Shown here piece by piece: positions 49,319 through 62,650 of a DNA stretch of 64,000 nt (position 1 is its first letter; each line of letters opens with the position of its first letter). Location of the stretch: NCBI GenBank assembly GCA_002269645.1, contig NIVC01001274.1:186001-250000 (forward strand), given 5' to 3'. The notes beneath the pieces are model-generated. The model searched no databases, was not told the DNA's origin, and saw nothing but the letters and a program-made list of their open reading frames with translations. The position numbers and the translations under genes are program-made. Source of the stretch: Macrostomum lignano. Its lineage: Eukaryota.

Positions 49319-52245
49319 TCAAGGACACGAGCCAAGATTCACCAGACTCAGCAGCACGCTGCCGCCGCAGAATGAGCCGCCGCCGCCTCCGCAATGGTTG
49401 CCGTAGATACCGGCTCCGCCGCCGCTGTAACCGCCGCCAGCTCCGGCTGCGCCAACGAAGGAGCTGGAGGCCGTACCAGCACCTCCTCCACCGCCGAAGC
49501 CGCCGCAGGCGATGCTGCTGCCACCGGCGCTGCCTCCGGCCCAGCTGTCGGATTGACTACCGCCTCGATCGCCGTCGTAGCTGTTGTACCTGCGAATTAT
49601 TGATGCACTGTGATTTTATTGACAACTAGAGTGATGTGACGAAAGGATTTCAGCACTGGACTGTCTCATAATGACATTTTCAGCAGTAAATAAAGCAAAT
49701 TTGTTTTTCGCGTCACAAAGTTGATTTGAGAGTCAATCGAACTCATCTTTTGTTATACAGATCCAAACATGTACGAGCGTATATGCACAGTTCCAGAGAA
49801 AATTTCTAAACATTTTAAAGGTAAATGCAAAAACCTTTATGAAATATATTTTATGATGCGATTTTAGGGCCGGTTTTACTGGCTCTGTAATCGGTTTTAC
49901 CTGATAGGGGCCGGTGCCTCTGCTGGGTGGGGGGGGTGCGGTGTGTTACCTGGGGTTCACAGGTTTCCCCAGCCAGCCGGCACCGCAGCCGCCATGGTTC
50001 ATACCAGAGGAAGTTGTTTTAGCGCTTGGATTATTGCTTCCGGGTTTACCGTTCACGCCTCCGATTCCAAAAAGATGGCTCTGGCGTTTGGTTATGAAAT
50101 GAACTGATGTAACCAAAACTATTTGCAATGTCATAGCAAAATATGGCTAGAAGGCAACTAAAGCCATACTTTCCGTTCTTAAGGGCCGCTAGAAGACGAC
50201 CCTAGCTTGCCATGGATGCAATTTCTGGTACACACTTTGCATTCTTTGGAAATTCCTTCATCGGCGACTCCTAGAGCCCATCGAAATTTAAAAGAGGCAG
50301 TATAGTTCCTCCCTAATCGATTGCATATTTCTACCTTCTAGCGGCCCTTGAGAACGGAAAGTATATTTTTTCTGGGTTGAGCAGCTCATGGCTGAGCAGG
50401 CTGAGCAGCTGAGCACACGATGGCACGATGAATTCTTGAGTTTTCGCTTGAAAGCCTGCTTCCAAGCAAGTAGGATCTAAACTCACCCATGCAAATACGA
50501 GTAGAGCTCAATAATTGAAGAGGCTTTTCTTACTGATAGCTCAGATGTGTGAAACTTACCTCACCTTCACCTAGGGAACTTGATCCGTTCACGCCTGCCT
50601 CGCCAAGCCTTCCTAAAGAGATAATTTGCACACAAAGCTTAGGCATTCAAAATGCGAATTTCAGAAGTAAGACTTTAAACATTACCGTCTGAACTCACCA
50701 TCGTATGCGAAGGACGCGCCGCCACCACCGCCGGCAGCCATCAAGAGTTGATTGTTGAATGCGTCGTACGCAAAGCTGCCTCCACCGCCGCCGCCACTGT
50801 TTGACGACGAGTCTACCGGACCGCCAGCCTGACCGACAACGATAGACAGCTCTGTTCCCGCAGTCAGGTTGACATTGCCAACGACCAGGGCTCCCCTGCC
50901 GCCGAACTTGCTGCTACTAACCAGGGTGTTGTCGCCTCCTTTTGCTCCGCTGATTTCGATGCGATAGCAGCCGGTAAAGTTTATAACTACTTGTTGGATG
51001 ACACCGAACCGACCGGTGCTCGAGTCTGGAATCAGGAAAAACAGTTGAGCATTGTTGAGTTTTGCTGTACCGTAGAATCATGAGCAATTAAAACAGAAGG
51101 ATCTCAAACTTGAAAACTGGTTTTGAAGCAAAATTTTCAGGGATTATTAGTTTCGAATCATTCTACTTCTGTTCTGTCTCGCATGAAATTGTGAAAAACA
51201 ATAAAACACTTGCTTGAAAAAACGCGAGTGAAATTGATTTTGGCTGTTGACTTGATTAGATCTTCAAAATCCGGTAGTTTCCACGCGACTGTGTCAGTCT
51301 CAGCTCCCAGGAATCTCTGCTCGTTAGTTCCAGTCGCCGATCCTGACTCCCCAGACACGGTCGCCAGCTGGCAGAGACTGGTGCCCTTCCAGAACGCACC
51401 AGCAGAGCAGCTCATCAGTCCGCACCGCATGACGCATTCCTGCACTGTCGTGACTCCGGTGACGTTCAACACTTGGCTGGAGACCGTCCCGTTGATGACT
51501 AGGACACCAGAGTGCTTGACGTAGCGAGTTGAATTACGACAAGAGCCTAAACGTTTGTAAATGAAAATTTTATACATGTTAATCTTGACGCTGCCAAGGA
51601 CTACTGAAGTGAGAGGATGGGGAAAAATTTTAGGAGACAGGTTTTACTGAAAAATATAATGCGGAAATATGAGGTCTTCATTTTTTAGCACAAAAGTTTT
51701 TATTACTTCTGATAGGAGGCAGACCCAGTATTCATCTTTTAATGCTCGTATCTAGCCTTTATTTCTTACATCCTATGTTAGTTTTATATTGTGCATAGAT
51801 CTCCTAAGCCTAAAAATCATAAAAATGGCACAGCTCGACTTATGAATCATTCTGTTACAAAATTTGTTACACAGTCAGCTAAGATTCCAAGTTTTCCAAC
51901 CCCTAAAGCTCTTTGTGTATCAATAGAGCTATAAGAAATGCAAGACGTAATAAAAGATGAACAATTAGGTTTGCCTCCTATCAGAAGCAATAGCAACTTT
52001 TGTGCTGAAAAATGAAAACGTTAATTCTCCGTAATGTATTTTTTCGGTAAAACCTCCCCTAAAAGTTTCCGAGAAACGCAGCTTCCCGTCCTTTTATTTG
52101 AGTAGTACTTGGAAGTTGTACGCACAAAATAGTTGAAAATATTGCAATAATAAACAAATAAAGCGGATCTGTCACCTTTGATTGTGCCGATGCAGGAGCC
52201 AACGAAAGCGCAAAATATGAGAAATATAATTTGAGTAATTTTCAT
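49319..52245 (-). CDS. Gene D: duplicate of gene B, 394 aa, 6 exons, with a 16-codon in-frame deletion near the C-terminus
   Basis: Exons 52245-52176 (MKITQIIFLIFCAFVGSCIGTIK-G), 51546-51214, 51025-50699, 50612-50560, 50080-49950, 49589-49319. Same phases as B, GC donor on intron 2, total 1185 nt. Confidence 0.86.
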
Positions 52246-53516
52246 TTCTTGGTAATATAACTGAGTCTTTGTAAGAAAATTGCTTCTCTGTCGTACTATT
52301 TCCATCACGAGACGTATGCTTGATAGTCTTAGTCTAGCTCAGGGCATGGCTATATAAAAGCTGGTCACGAAATTCATGTCTATTTCATCCCTGCCACTTA
52401 TTCTCTCTTCGCAGCCAATCAACGCTCTTGTCTTACCTTTTTTACGAGTATCTAACCACGTTGACAAGGCTTCATTTCTAACCATGGGGGTACTAAAACT
52501 TGCTTGAGAAGACAAACCACTGTTACAATAAAATCCAAATTTTTTAGCTCAACAAATACCTCGTATATTGCAGTTGCTAAGCTCTTCAAATTTGAAGTTG
52601 AGCGCTAAAATTTGTACCGAGCGTAAAAAATGTCAGGCAGAAGCTGAATGAAAAACAACTTTCTGATTTTGTGCAGGAATGAAGTGTCATTTCTGTACGA
52701 CCACTTAAGTGCATTTTTTAAATCTCATAATCGCACCTGAGCTCTCTAGATTAGGGTTTCATTTCATTGTTTATTTTGGGTTTGTGCTATTTTCTGGGTT
52801 ATACACGTGTGACAGTGTGATTCGTAGAATCGCGTGTATCGTATTTCTTTATTTTCATATGCATACCGTATTCTTTCATTTATTTTAACAATATTCGTAC
52901 GTATTATTATCGCGCTATTTTTACTGTTAATTGCTTTGTTTTTTGTAGCCTCTTATGTATTTATTCTATTATTTGTATTTCATTCATATCGTTATTATTT
53001 CTCGTAAAGTAGTCCTACCTATGTACATGTACTGACGTATGTTATTCTTGTATGATATATTTATCGATTAATTTGTACATGTACATTTCGCCTGAGTGGG
53101 GTTTGTCTGGTTTTTGGATTAAGCTTGTTGTTATCTTGTTTACTCACCAATTATTAAAAATAAACTTGCAGTCAGCGGCCGCTCTCTCCTTTTGCTTCGT
53201 CGCTTCACTTCTCGCTCTAGGCTTGCGGGTCCCTTAGCTGTCTGGCCTCTTTACCTTAACCCTCTACCGCCTGCCTCAGCCCACCCACCAATCAACTGAA
53301 TCCTGACCGGCCCTTGCTAGGCGCATCAAACTAAGTACCAATCCAAATATACTAAATCTGCAAATTCACGCTAAGGATAAAATCGGCTGCTGATCTGCTG
53401 GATCGTAGATTAATCCCAATTATCCGCTACACAAAGTCTTCCGCTTTATTCGTCACACACGTACGCCACTTCTTTAGAGAGATCAATTTTTTCTGAGTTG
53501 CGAGTTTACGCGTCTA

Positions 53517-55059
53517 CGAGGGGCACTACGAACGTTTTTAGCTACACCTCAGCTGTTTGTCCTATCAGATTAATTTTTCACAGGCTTACAGGACAATATA
53601 TATGACTATTATGTTTTCAGGTTACTTAAAGTCTTCAATATACTTAAGGCATTAATTATTAGTGCTGCTATCCTGGCAGACGTTTCCGCGGCTCCAAGGT
53701 TCTTAGTCTTGCTCTTATTTCTCTTTATTTCACATTCTCACAGCGGGCTTTTAACCCAAGCCTGTTTTGCAGCTTCATTTAGTCCATAGATAAAACAAAA
53801 CGCGTCAAACTGCATATGCAATTAAAATAATATCAATATTATAGTCACGTCATATCAATGACCATGATGAATAAAATTTTACGCAAATATCTCGCAGCAT
53901 TTAGCCGCTAGAGCCGCTAGAGATAGCTTCAGCACCTCTGCCCACTTTCCAGCGGAGCTCATGGAACTGAATTGCGAGCACTTTCGTGCCATGGTCTTCT
54001 ATGATTATCGCAGCGGCCTTGATTGCCGCCAGTGCCACGAAAGGCTGTCAGCGGCTTTTCCAGAAGCTGCTCCATCACTTGCGACCGTCAGTAACTGGTT
54101 CCGCGAGTTTCGTCGTGGCCGAGACTCGTTGGAAGATGAGGAGCGTACAGGCCGACCTTCAACCGCCACGACACCGGAAACAGTGGCTTGTGTCCGCCAG
54201 CTGGTAGAAGCTGACCGTCGGATAACCTACAAGGAGATCGAGGCATCCCTGTGCATCCATTCGCCGGCCATCGCCAAAATCCTCCACGACCACATCGGCT
54301 TGCGCAAGCTGACCAGTCGTTGGGTGCCCCACCTGCTGAAGCCTGAGCGCAAGCAGGCCAGGATCGACTGGTGCCGCCAGATGCTGCAGAAGTACAGCGA
54401 TGGAGCGTCTAAGGCGGTCGCCGACATCGTAACATGCGACGAGACTTGGGTTTACTGCTACGAGCCAGAGCGCAAGTGCCAGTCGCAGGTGTGAGCGTTT
54501 CCGGACCAGGTGCCGCCAACGAAGGTCTTGCGAGGCAGGAGCACAGGCAAGCAAATGGTCGCAACTTTTTCCGTCGCTCAGGTCACGTGGCGACTGTGCG
54601 GCTGCTAGACCAGCGCACGGTGACTGCGACCTGGTATACCGGCGTCTGCTTGCCGCAGGTCATTCACAGCCTGAGCAGGATGCGTCCGAAGTCAGGTGTC
54701 CGGTGCCTGACACTGCATCAGGACAACGCGAGCGCTCACACCGCTCAGGCAACACGGCAGTTCCTGCAGACTCAGGGACTGCAGCTGACCAGTCACCCGC
54801 AATACTCGCCTGATCTGGCAGCGTGTGACTTTTTTTGTTCCCTAAAGTCAAGGACTCGCTGCGTGGTCGCCGATTTTCGACTGCAGAGGAGGCTGCTGAT
54901 GCATTCGACGAGATGGTGGAAGGGGTGTCGACTTCTGAGTGGCACCACTGCTTTGTCAACTGGTTTGAGAGGATGAAGCGCTGCATCCAGGCTGGTGGAG
55001 AATACTTTGAGAAGCTGTGAAAATTTAGATGTAGCTAAAAACTTTCGTAGTGCCCCTCG
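53517..55059 (+). mobile_element. Mariner element with complete TIRs and disrupted transposase
   Basis: TIR cgaggggcactacgaa(c/a)gtttttagctaca at both ends, TA flanks (53515-16, 55060-61). Transposase 53961-55020 has WVPHLL, VTCDETW, HQDNASAH and YSPDLAACDF, with a TGA at 54492 and two frameshifts. Confidence 0.95.
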
Positions 55060-55671
55060 TATGAAGGCAACCTTGGCGAATTTGTTTCTCAAACCCATTC
55101 AAATAAACGATGATATTTGCACTACACAGGTGCATTACCTGCTGGAGAACGGAGCACACTATTGATTGCACAGCGCATCACAAGAAAAACGCATTCGAGC
55201 TGAAGGTGCTGGGCTAAGAGGTGACGAATTTTATAAGTTAATCGATGCATATAATGTGTAAAACTAACTGTGTGCGAGCATTAGCACACTTGTACATGTA
55301 CGCTCGTAGTAGCAGAATATTAGTAAGATTTATAAATAAGATCGATAATGCGTTCCTAAATTCTTTTTGATTTGCCTTTATTTTGTTTATTAGAACCGAT
55401 TCACCGAACCAGCTATTTAGAAGTTTCTGATTAGACGCGCTCAGGATGACTAGCTCGACTCTGATTAGCTGATCTCAAGACTCCCAAACCCCAGGCAGAC
55501 CCCTGGTTACTTGACAGATGCGATCATAAATCATAATCGAAAGCAATTAGTGAAACGTGAAAAAGATAAACTGAAGTTCAAAATCCTAAACTTTCTGGAG
55601 CAAACGTAACAGACAATAATATTTCATAACTCTTTTAAAAATCAAATCAATTAAAATTTTTCAATAAATAC

Positions 55672-58400
55672 AGTCCTGGAGAAAGTCTTTGTCACAACTG
55701 CGGTTACAGTCATCGTGATGGCAAGTGTCCGGCTTTTGGTAAGCTGTGTCTGTCCTGTGGCCGTCTGAACCACTTTCGCAGTCAATGCCAAAGCAACAAT
55801 AACCGGAGGGTTATGACTCTAACAGCAGCTGCAGGTGAGGATGCTAGTGCTGGTGAAGAGGTGTATTTTATCGAAACGCTGCAGACTGATAACGGTTCCA
55901 GTTGGTAATCAGAAGTTCAGATTCCAGATGGTAATAAGCTGCAATGCTGTGATGGCAGCCTGCGACTGTGTATCGATCCGACACATCTCAACAAAGCTAT
56001 CAAGCGCGCTCACTACGCGATGACAACAGTTGAGCAAGTTGTTGCGCGCATTCCAGGTGCTAAGTACTTCACCGTGCTGGATGCAAAGACTAGTTTTTGG
56101 CAGATAAGACTGGACGAAGAAGGTACACAGCTCTGCACTTTCAACACTCCGTAGGGCAGATACAAGTTCGTTCGCCTGCCCCCAGGAACTATTGATGCAC
56201 CGGAAGTCTACCAACGTGAGCTAAGCAAAATTTTCAGCAGCTGGGCCGAGGTAATTGTTGATTATATGCTTGTCTGGGGACGGACCCACGAAGAGCACGA
56301 TCATAAGCTACTCAAAGTTCTCAATGAGGCCCGTCCGTCGAATTTAAAGCTAAATCGCAAGAAACTGAAAGTTGTTTCTTCAGTAAACTATGTCGGTCAC
56401 GTGATTTCATCCGACGGTTTTCGTCCAGATCCTGCTAAAGTAAAAGTCATTCAAGAGCTTCCAGTTCCAGGTGATAAGCAGGCAGTGATGCGGCTGCTTG
56501 GCATGGCAACCTACCTGGGCGAGTTTATTCCCAATGCGTCGGATATCACTGAACCTCTTCGTGCCCTGCTCAAGAAGGAGGTGCTTTTCGACTGGCAAGA
56601 GAAGCAGCAACAAGCTTTTGAGAAGCTAAAAGATGTTCTGACGAACGCTCCTGTGCTAAGGTTGTTTGACGCCGATATGAAAGTTGAGCTTCAGGTTGAC
56701 AGTTCATCGGTCGGAGTTGGTTGCGTTTTGCTGCAGAATGGACGGCCTGTGGCGTATGGATCGGCTGCGCTGACCAACACGCAAAAGAACTACATTCAGA
56801 TAGAGAAGGAGACTCTGGCCGTTGTTATTGCCTGCAAGAAATTCCATGACTACATCTATGGCCTTCCAGTAGTACGAGTGACTACAGACCACAAGCCCTT
56901 GGAGGTCATTTTTAGGCGTGACTTGCTGCATGTTCCGCCACGCATTGCTCGAATGTTGTACCAGCTCAAAAGATATAATCTGCGTGTATCCAGGGCACCG
57001 GGATCCAAGATGCTGATTGCCGATACGCTTTCAAGAGCTTACCTTCCGGAGGCCGAGGCTGCTCTGGACGACGAAATCGAGGTGGAGGTGCATCAGAAAA
57101 GCAAGCCTCCCGATTTCTGCCATTCGTTCGCAGGAAATCCGAGACGAGACCCCGCAAAAATTCGGACTTGAGTGCTGTAGCCCGGTTTTTTCAGGCGGAT
57201 GGTCCAAGCAACTTTCGGAACATTTGTCACTCTGTCCGTCCGTATTGGGGCTTCAAGGAGGACTTGACCTACAATGATTACGTGCTGATGAAGTTGGACA
57301 GTGTTATTGTTCCAGCATCGTTGCGGCAGAAGATTCTGCAAATTTTACACGAAGGTCATGCTGGCGCGGGCAAGACGGAGGCCCGAGCTCGTCAAATTCT
57401 GTACTGGCCAGGCATGTCAGCGGATATTAAGAACTTCGTGAAGAACTGCAGCATTTGTCAGACGTTTCAGCCGGCCAACCCAAAGGAATCGCTGTTGAAC
57501 CATCAGATTCCGAATGCACCATGGACCAAGGTTGGTTGTGATCTGCTGGACTTCAATGGCGACAAGTGGCTAGTGGTTACCTGCTATTACAGCAACTGGA
57601 TCGAACTGGCAAAGTTAGGTCAAAAGTCTGGTGCTGACCTGGTGATTGCTCGAATCAAGTCGATGTTCGCCAGGTTCGGTATCGTCGAAGAGCTGGTCAG
57701 TGATAATGGGCCCCCATTCAGCTCGTTTAGGTTTCAAGAGTTTGCTGCACAGTTTGGTTTCGTGCACACGCACTCGTCACCCGGATATCCACAGTCCAAC
57801 GGGATGGCTGAGAAGGCAGTCAAAGTGGCAAAGAGCATCCCGAGGAAAGCCGACCAGCCTGAAATTGCGCTAATGGAATATCGAGCTTCACCAATTAGCG
57901 GTACGAGCACTAGCCCCAGCGAGCTCATGTTCGGTCGGTTGATTCGGACGAAGCTTCCAGCGGGTGAGGAGGCGCTGCTCAAAGACAGAACAACCGGATT
58001 CTCCAAAGCCCCGCTGCAGGCTGCTCAAAAACGGCACTACGACCAGCAAGCCCGACCGCTCTCAACACTAAATCAGGGAGATGCAGTTCGTTTTCGGCAC
58101 GGTTTCAGATTGGTGCCAGCTGTTGTGATGCAAGCTGATCCACCGCAACTACCGACTGCTGACTCAAAGCGGCAGGGAGCTGATTCGCAATCGCCGGGAC
58201 CTGCGACCAGTGCCGCCGCAGCAGTCCACTGCTGAGGACGAAGACGTCCAACTGGCGGCCCAGGCGGCTCCGGCCGGCGATGAGTTGGCGGCATCAGATC
58301 TTGCGGAGCCTGAAGAGCCACTGCGCCGCTCTGCCAGGGCCACAAAGGGTACTCCGCCTCTCCGCTACAGACAAGACGTGTGAGTGATAAGGACAGTGAC
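55672..58400 (+). mobile_element. Degenerate Ty3/gypsy internal region (gag knuckle, RT, RNase H, integrase)
   Basis: CHNCGYSH...C..CGRLNHF (55690); RT LNKAIKR..Y...LDAKTSFWQI with stop at ~56152 and IVDY for YVDD; RNase H VDSSSVG...QIEKETLAV..TDHKPL (56266-57171); integrase H.GH...YWPGM..C..C, SDNGPPF, SNGMAEK (57168-58235); RRSAR..K..P.RY tail. Protease largely deleted. Confidence 0.92.
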
Positions 58401-59829
58401 TTTTGTTTGTTTTCAAGGACTGTTACATGGAGTTTCAATACAAAGATAAGGGTTAATCCGCTTTCTTTGTTGCCGCGAAATTATTCCAAATATTTTTATT
58501 CCTTGTTCAAATCGAATTTTGTTTTTAATTTTTTGTCGCAAAAATATTGGAATTTTTTTTGTATTTGTTTCAAAAGAAATAATTTTTTGAGTTCTCGCAC
58601 ATGCCTATAATGCTCAAATAATGTAATGTTTCGAAAGCGACAATTCCTTCGAGCAATTTGATTTTACTTCCTCTCGATTTTTTTGCTATTAGAAGACAGA
58701 TGTCAGTGATGTACTTGAAACTATTATTTATTGTACACTCACCTGGACACCAGCCACCCCGTCCCCCAATCATGTACGTTGCTATCGATTGCTCAGCCCC
58801 CCTCGCCCCTCTATATAATATGCTTTATGACACTCTTGACTAATACACGTTTTCTCTCGGTCGCACGCTCATTACACAGTAGAAGACACGATTGTATTTC
58901 ATAATATAATACTTTTACAGACATCAGAGATTGGTGCTCTAATACTGACAGCTACTTGAAAAGTCACATAAAGAGGAAGTGCAAATAGTAAGAATAACTG
59001 ATATAGGCTACAGAATCGTAGTTAATGCTATCCACAGCAAGTTCGAATACTCGTGTAAAAAATGAGAAACAGCATTGTTCAGCTGATGCCTGCAATGTCA
59101 ATACAATTCGTACATTTCAGAAAAACAAACAGCTTTTCAGTGAACCGTGTCGAAAGAAGCAAAAGAAAGGCTCAGGGGTGTCGGTGAGGAAACAATCTGG
59201 CGAGAAGTAAATGTACGCTCGTATCTTAAGCGAATTTCATGATGCAATGTCACGATGTATATAAAAGAATGGACGTATAAACACCTGGAAATTTTCCTAG
59301 CACAAGCCCCGACTGAATGTGGCCCGCGACCCAGGCGTCCAGATGCATCTAACCTTTATACTCTCTCCCCGCTTTTAGTATCTAAGCAATATGCTAACAG
59401 TCACTGCATGCTTGCATGCGTAGCTAAAGGCTGAATATCCGATCAATTTGAGCGCACATGCGGACGTAATTTTATCATGAAAAATCTGTAACGAATCCTA
59501 AGACGTAAGTAAAATATTTGCTATCAGAATATCTTTTAAAAAACAGTAAATGAGGCCTAGCTATTGCTCAAATGCAGATGCAGGAAATTACAAAATGGAA
59601 TATTGTTTAGGATTATATAATGACCGCATATAAACCATGTATATATACATGTAGTAGCACCATGGCACCCAATTATGGCAATCGAGATTTAAACGATTGC
59701 GATTTGAAAAATAGAAGAAGAGAGAAAAATAGGTGATAGCAAACACTGTGACGATGATTTCTGCTAAAACTTGAATAATTGCTTTCCACTTGAATAACAG
59801 AATTTTTCGATTGCTAATTGAAGAGAGTG

Positions 59830-60406
59830 GCAAAAGTCCAATTTGGACACTCTCTTACAATTTTCATAGCTGGCAATGGAGGACCGCAGGTGGCGGTGGA
59901 GTCTTTGCAATCGTCTTGGAATAATCACGATAAATTCCATCTTATATTTTTATGTATTGTTATATTCAGGAAAGCCAGGCAACATATAGAAAATAATGGA
60001 AGAAATTAAACTGGACTCCTTAGTTGCTCCACTTGAACCAGAAATGGAGATCTTGGAGGTCTTCAACAATCCAAATAGCTCCCCTCATAAGTTTCTTGAT
60101 GCTGTGCATCCGAGGCGGGGTCAGGTCGATGGCGACCGAGGCGAAAGTGTTGCTGGATTGCTTAGCAATTGCGGTTTCGGTGGAGGCGGTGGTGGAGGAT
60201 TCGGCACAGGCTCTAGCGATTGCGGTTTCGGTGGAGGCGGTGGTGGAGGATTCGGCACAGACTCTAGCGATTGCGGTTTCGGTGGATACGGCGGTTACAA
60301 CGGTGGTGGAGTCGGTCTGTGTGGCGGTCAGGCCGGTGGCGGCGGCTCGTTCTGCAGCGGAAATGTTGGCCGCTCACCCAGACAGGTGATGACTATTTTA
60401 GCTTGA
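59830..60406 (+). pseudogene. Decayed GRD-gene remnant (sixth family member)
   Basis: HSLTIFIAGNGGPQ and GGGGVFA (59840-59915) resemble exon-3 QLSIVVGQAGGP...GGGGSFA. DGDRG, CGFGGGGGG, GGYNGGG and GGGGSFC (60128-60360) resemble the last exon. Stops and frameshifts lie between them; contains a 51-bp tandem repeat. Confidence 0.6.
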
Positions 60407-61811
60407 TCCAAGAGTTTGTCCGTTGATTCTTGTTCGAACGTGTTCATATTGAAAGAGAGGCTTCGAAATTAATCCATGTACATATTAAATCTACTTTTAC
60501 CAACTTCCTAAAACCTTTTGCCTGTTAAGAATTTGTTTTATTGAACTCATTTCTCCCTACTAAACTTTAGCAGTAGTGTTGACCGTCTTTGATCGTTATA
60601 TTTTGCAACGGATTGTGAGTAATTTAACCATCCATAACAGCTTTTATAGTCTCGTGTACTATTGTCTGAAACTGTATTGTAACTTCTACACATAAATTGT
60701 ATCTGACACATTAATATAATGATGATGATGGATTTGTAATGATCGTACATGACCGGTAATCAGTGATGACCTTTGAAAATTTAACTTCCATTACCGTACA
60801 TTCCATTAGCGTACTTTAACTTTTCCGCAAAATTCTAGAACGTTCCATAGCGCAATAAAATATCTTTTAAACAAATCAGATACAAAATTCATGATATAAA
60901 TGCACTTCTCCTTTATTTCAGTAAAATAATGAAACTATATTTTATGTAATTGATTTGTTACTACTACAATTTTCCCGAACATTTCCCGAACAGAATATTT
61001 TACGGCTCATGCATTATAAATTTACAGCAGGTGTTCAACGACACCAATGTAACTTTAATAGAAAATGCCCTTATTTTGTAGTTAACAAGTGAGCCAATGA
61101 GCTAAGCTTTGTATAGCAAAGCCCATTGCAATGTCAAAATAGCAGCCTTACATCGCCAAAGATGCGCCCCTTTCAACTAGCTGAGCGGGTGAAGTGCTTG
61201 AGACAAGAGGGTAAGGCAAATCCAGGCCCTTCATGAAAAATTGCTAGCAAGCAGTTGCAGCTGGGAAAAAGAAAAACTCAATCCGTGAGAATTACCTTAA
61301 AGAAGGAAAAGTTCCTGCAATTTAAAATTTCTGTCCGTCGGGACTGTATGCAGCACTATATGCATCATGATATTAACTTTTGTTAATAGCATTAACGGTT
61401 GGTATTTTAATTCTTTCGTTTAAAAAATTTGCATATTTAACCTTGTGACTTAGAGCTTATACATTAAATATACTTGTAATCTATTAATCTTGTAGACTAA
61501 ATGAGTACAGTAAAGCAGTGCCAAACTTAGTTATAAATTCAAATTTTGTAGCTGCTACATACATCGATTCGAATATCTACCAGAACAATATTTGAAGTTT
61601 ATTTACAGCTGTACATGTGCTGTGGTTGGGAGCAGAGCTGGAAAATGTCAGTGTTTCGTTACTTTAGTTTTGCATGCATCAAATAAAGTACTTTATATTA
61701 GGAGCTTTGCCTCAGCTTGCTTGTGCTAGAATATTTGTGCCTCAGTCAAACATGGCTGCATCTGATCTCGTTCTGAGTTCACGCTCAGAAAAAAATCTTG
61801 CTCTCTCGAGA

Positions 61812-62650
61812 CAAGGAGTACAGAAAACTCAGGACGCAGAACTTAAACTTGGTATGACTTTTTAGCATTCTAAGATCAGTTATATTGTTAACCCAAGGAC
61901 AACTTGATAACTCAGGACCGGAAACGAGCCAATTCATGGCGAAAAAAGTATGAGGCTCGTTTAAAAGCATTGTTCTATGGCCCATCCGTATGCGCAGCCA
62001 ATGTATACTCGGATGGTGGATGTAGCGGCCTTTAATTTCTTCCCTTTTTTATCATTGGTGCATCTTGAGGCCAGTGCTTAGCACACACGCTCATGTAGTC
62101 TGTCACGGTCTAAACAACAACAAAATTGTTAATGAATTCATGTGGCCAGGCTAAATCTGATTCACAAAGCACATTTGAAGAAAGTCTTACCGTCAGTTGA
62201 TTAGGCAGAGACAGTCGCCAAGCCTCTCGTTCAGTTGCATCTTTAGGAAAGGAAAATACTGCAACATTCCGATCACGGTTACTATTGTAGTTTGCACAAA
62301 AGAAAATGACGCTGAATTTTCTCGGCATGATATTTAGTTTCGGCAAGAATAAAATTTCTCTCTCTCAATTGCAAGTGCATGCGAAGAACTCAATTTTCAG
62401 CTCAGATTTCTTCGCTTTCGTAGCTTTGGATGGGCCATAGAACAATGCTTTTAAACGAGCCTCATACTTTTTTCGCCATGAATTGGCTCGTTTCCGGTCC
62501 TGAGTTATCAAGTTGTCCTTGTGCTAACCTTGAAAAGTTATTTTTATGCTAATTAGTTAGACTTTTTACCATAGAGAATGCTTTCATACGCGCATTGGAA
62601 AATTTCTACAAAGTTTAAGTTCCGCGTCCTGAGTTTTACAGTAGTCCTTG
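61812..62650 (-). mobile_element. Non-autonomous P-element-superfamily (foldback) element with THAP-domain remnant
   Basis: Ends CAAGG...CCTTG with 8-bp TSD TCTCGAGA (61804-11, 62651-58) and an empty site at ~33293. Outer ~37-bp and inner ~90-bp inverted arms. ORF 62110-62346 MPRKFSV..CANY...VFSFPKD...R.AW...LP...S.VLCE resembles a THAP finger. Confidence 0.8.

Noticed and set aside
18637-52245. Calling the genes ALK/LTK orthologs, or bacterial PE-PGRS-like horizontal transfers
   Set aside because: No MAM, LDLa, EGF, TM or kinase sequence is present, so no ALK symbol is given. Conserved spliceosomal introns and signal exons argue against recent bacterial origin.
60547-60750. Short ORF with hydrophobic start conserved with 30500-30630
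   Set aside because: The two copies differ by a 1-nt indel in the shared segment, so coding conservation is not supported.
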